From: an uncultured Planctomycetota bacterium
GTDB lineage: Bacteria; Planctomycetota; Planctomycetia; Isosphaerales; Isosphaeraceae
NCBI GenBank assembly: GCA_963737655.1
Contig: CAVTTN010000002.1
Location: 1,920,001 to 1,984,000 of the forward strand
Direction of reading: 5' to 3'
Length of the DNA: 64,000 bases
Numbering within the stretch: the first letter of the stretch is position 1; each line of letters starts with the position of its first letter. Under the pieces are notes generated by a model that saw nothing but the letters and a program-made list of their open reading frames with translations, searched no databases and had not been told where the DNA came from. Shown in pieces: positions 63,470 to 64,000 of the stretch. The translations under genes and the position numbers were made by a program.

Positions 63470-63674
63470 CGAAGCCTGTCTAGTTGATGCAGAAAAGTTT
63501 ATCAAAATGATACATGTTAAATATTGATACTTGTCATAGACTGCGAGCGTCCCGCCTGACCTCGCGCCGCAGCGGACCCGGCCCGCCGCGGCGCCCGCTG
63601 GGGATGCGTAGGACAGACTCGGCGGGCCGGTCAGGTCCTCTGAGCTTGATCGTTAGGCGGCAGGAGACCCCACG

Positions 63675-64000
63675 GTGGACGAGCCTGGGTTTTGGAAGAT
63701 CATCGATGCGGCCGGGCGAGCAGCCCACAGTGACCCCGAGCGGCAACTCTCCGCCGTCCGCAAGCGGTTGAGCGATCTCGCGCCGAGGAACTGGTCGAGT
63801 TCCACGCGATCTTCAACCGCAAATTGGCCGAAGCCTATACCTGGGACCTCTGGGGCGCCGCCTATCTCATCAACGGTGGGTGTTCTGATGATGGCTTCGC
63901 CTACTTCCGGGCCTGGCTTATCTCATGTGGTCAATCCGTCTACTCTTCAGCCCTCCGCAAACCCGACTCACTGTCGAGCATCGTCGATCCCGATCGCGAC
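63675..64000 (+). CDS. Cassette gene: DUF4240-like protein (frameshift ~63785; 3' partial)
   Basis: FWKIIDAA then LWGAAYLINGGCSDDGFAYFRAWLI. Confidence 0.8.
   Translation, partial: MDEPGFWKIIDAAGRAAHSDPERQLSAVRKRLSDLAPRNWSSSTRSSTANWPKPIPGTSGAPPISSTVGVLMMASPTSGPGLSHVVNPSTLQPSANPTHCRASSIPIA

Larger units (their letters stand above)
49662..64000 (+). mobile_element. Integron gene-cassette array (19 cassettes, runs off the window; no intI seen)
   Basis: 18 ~100-bp attC sites with pattern GCCTAAC..GCTGCAGCGGACC..GGTCCGCTGAGC..GTTAGGC separating short co-oriented ORFs. Confidence 0.95.

Noticed and set aside
49662..64000. CRISPR array
   Set aside because: Repeats are ~100-bp attC hairpins separated by gene-sized inserts; no cas genes.

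Overview
GC-rich bacterial window, probably Planctomycetota/Isosphaeraceae (inferred from the ECF-sigma + Ser/Thr kinase pair and the gene repertoire). Several genes carry single-base frameshifts, some in homopolymers, which look like long-read assembly errors. 1-21 kb holds envelope and sugar-nucleotide genes (aminotransferase, LptF/G pair, esterases, epimerase, FkbM, GHMP-kinase/UGPase fusion). tRNA-Asp at 21128 anchors a ~7 kb integrase-less island closed by a copy of the tRNA 3' end. 31-38 kb is a stressosome-type rsbRST-X operon with two hybrid kinases; 40-48 kb is an RND efflux system whose outer-membrane factor is fused to LysM. From 49662 to the window end lies an integron cassette array: an attI-like site, 18 attC sites (one truncated), 19 cassettes, and no intI in view. 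Eight attC sites are interrupted at the same base. One carries a complete 1783-bp IS110-family element and seven carry a 379-bp transposase-less derivative that keeps the predicted bridge/seek-RNA region. That region has a putative target guide matching the attC R'' box and a putative donor guide that co-varies with each element's own end. The insertions retain the attC AAC triplet and supply an in-frame stop to the upstream cassette gene. Many attC loops also contain extended -10 motifs.
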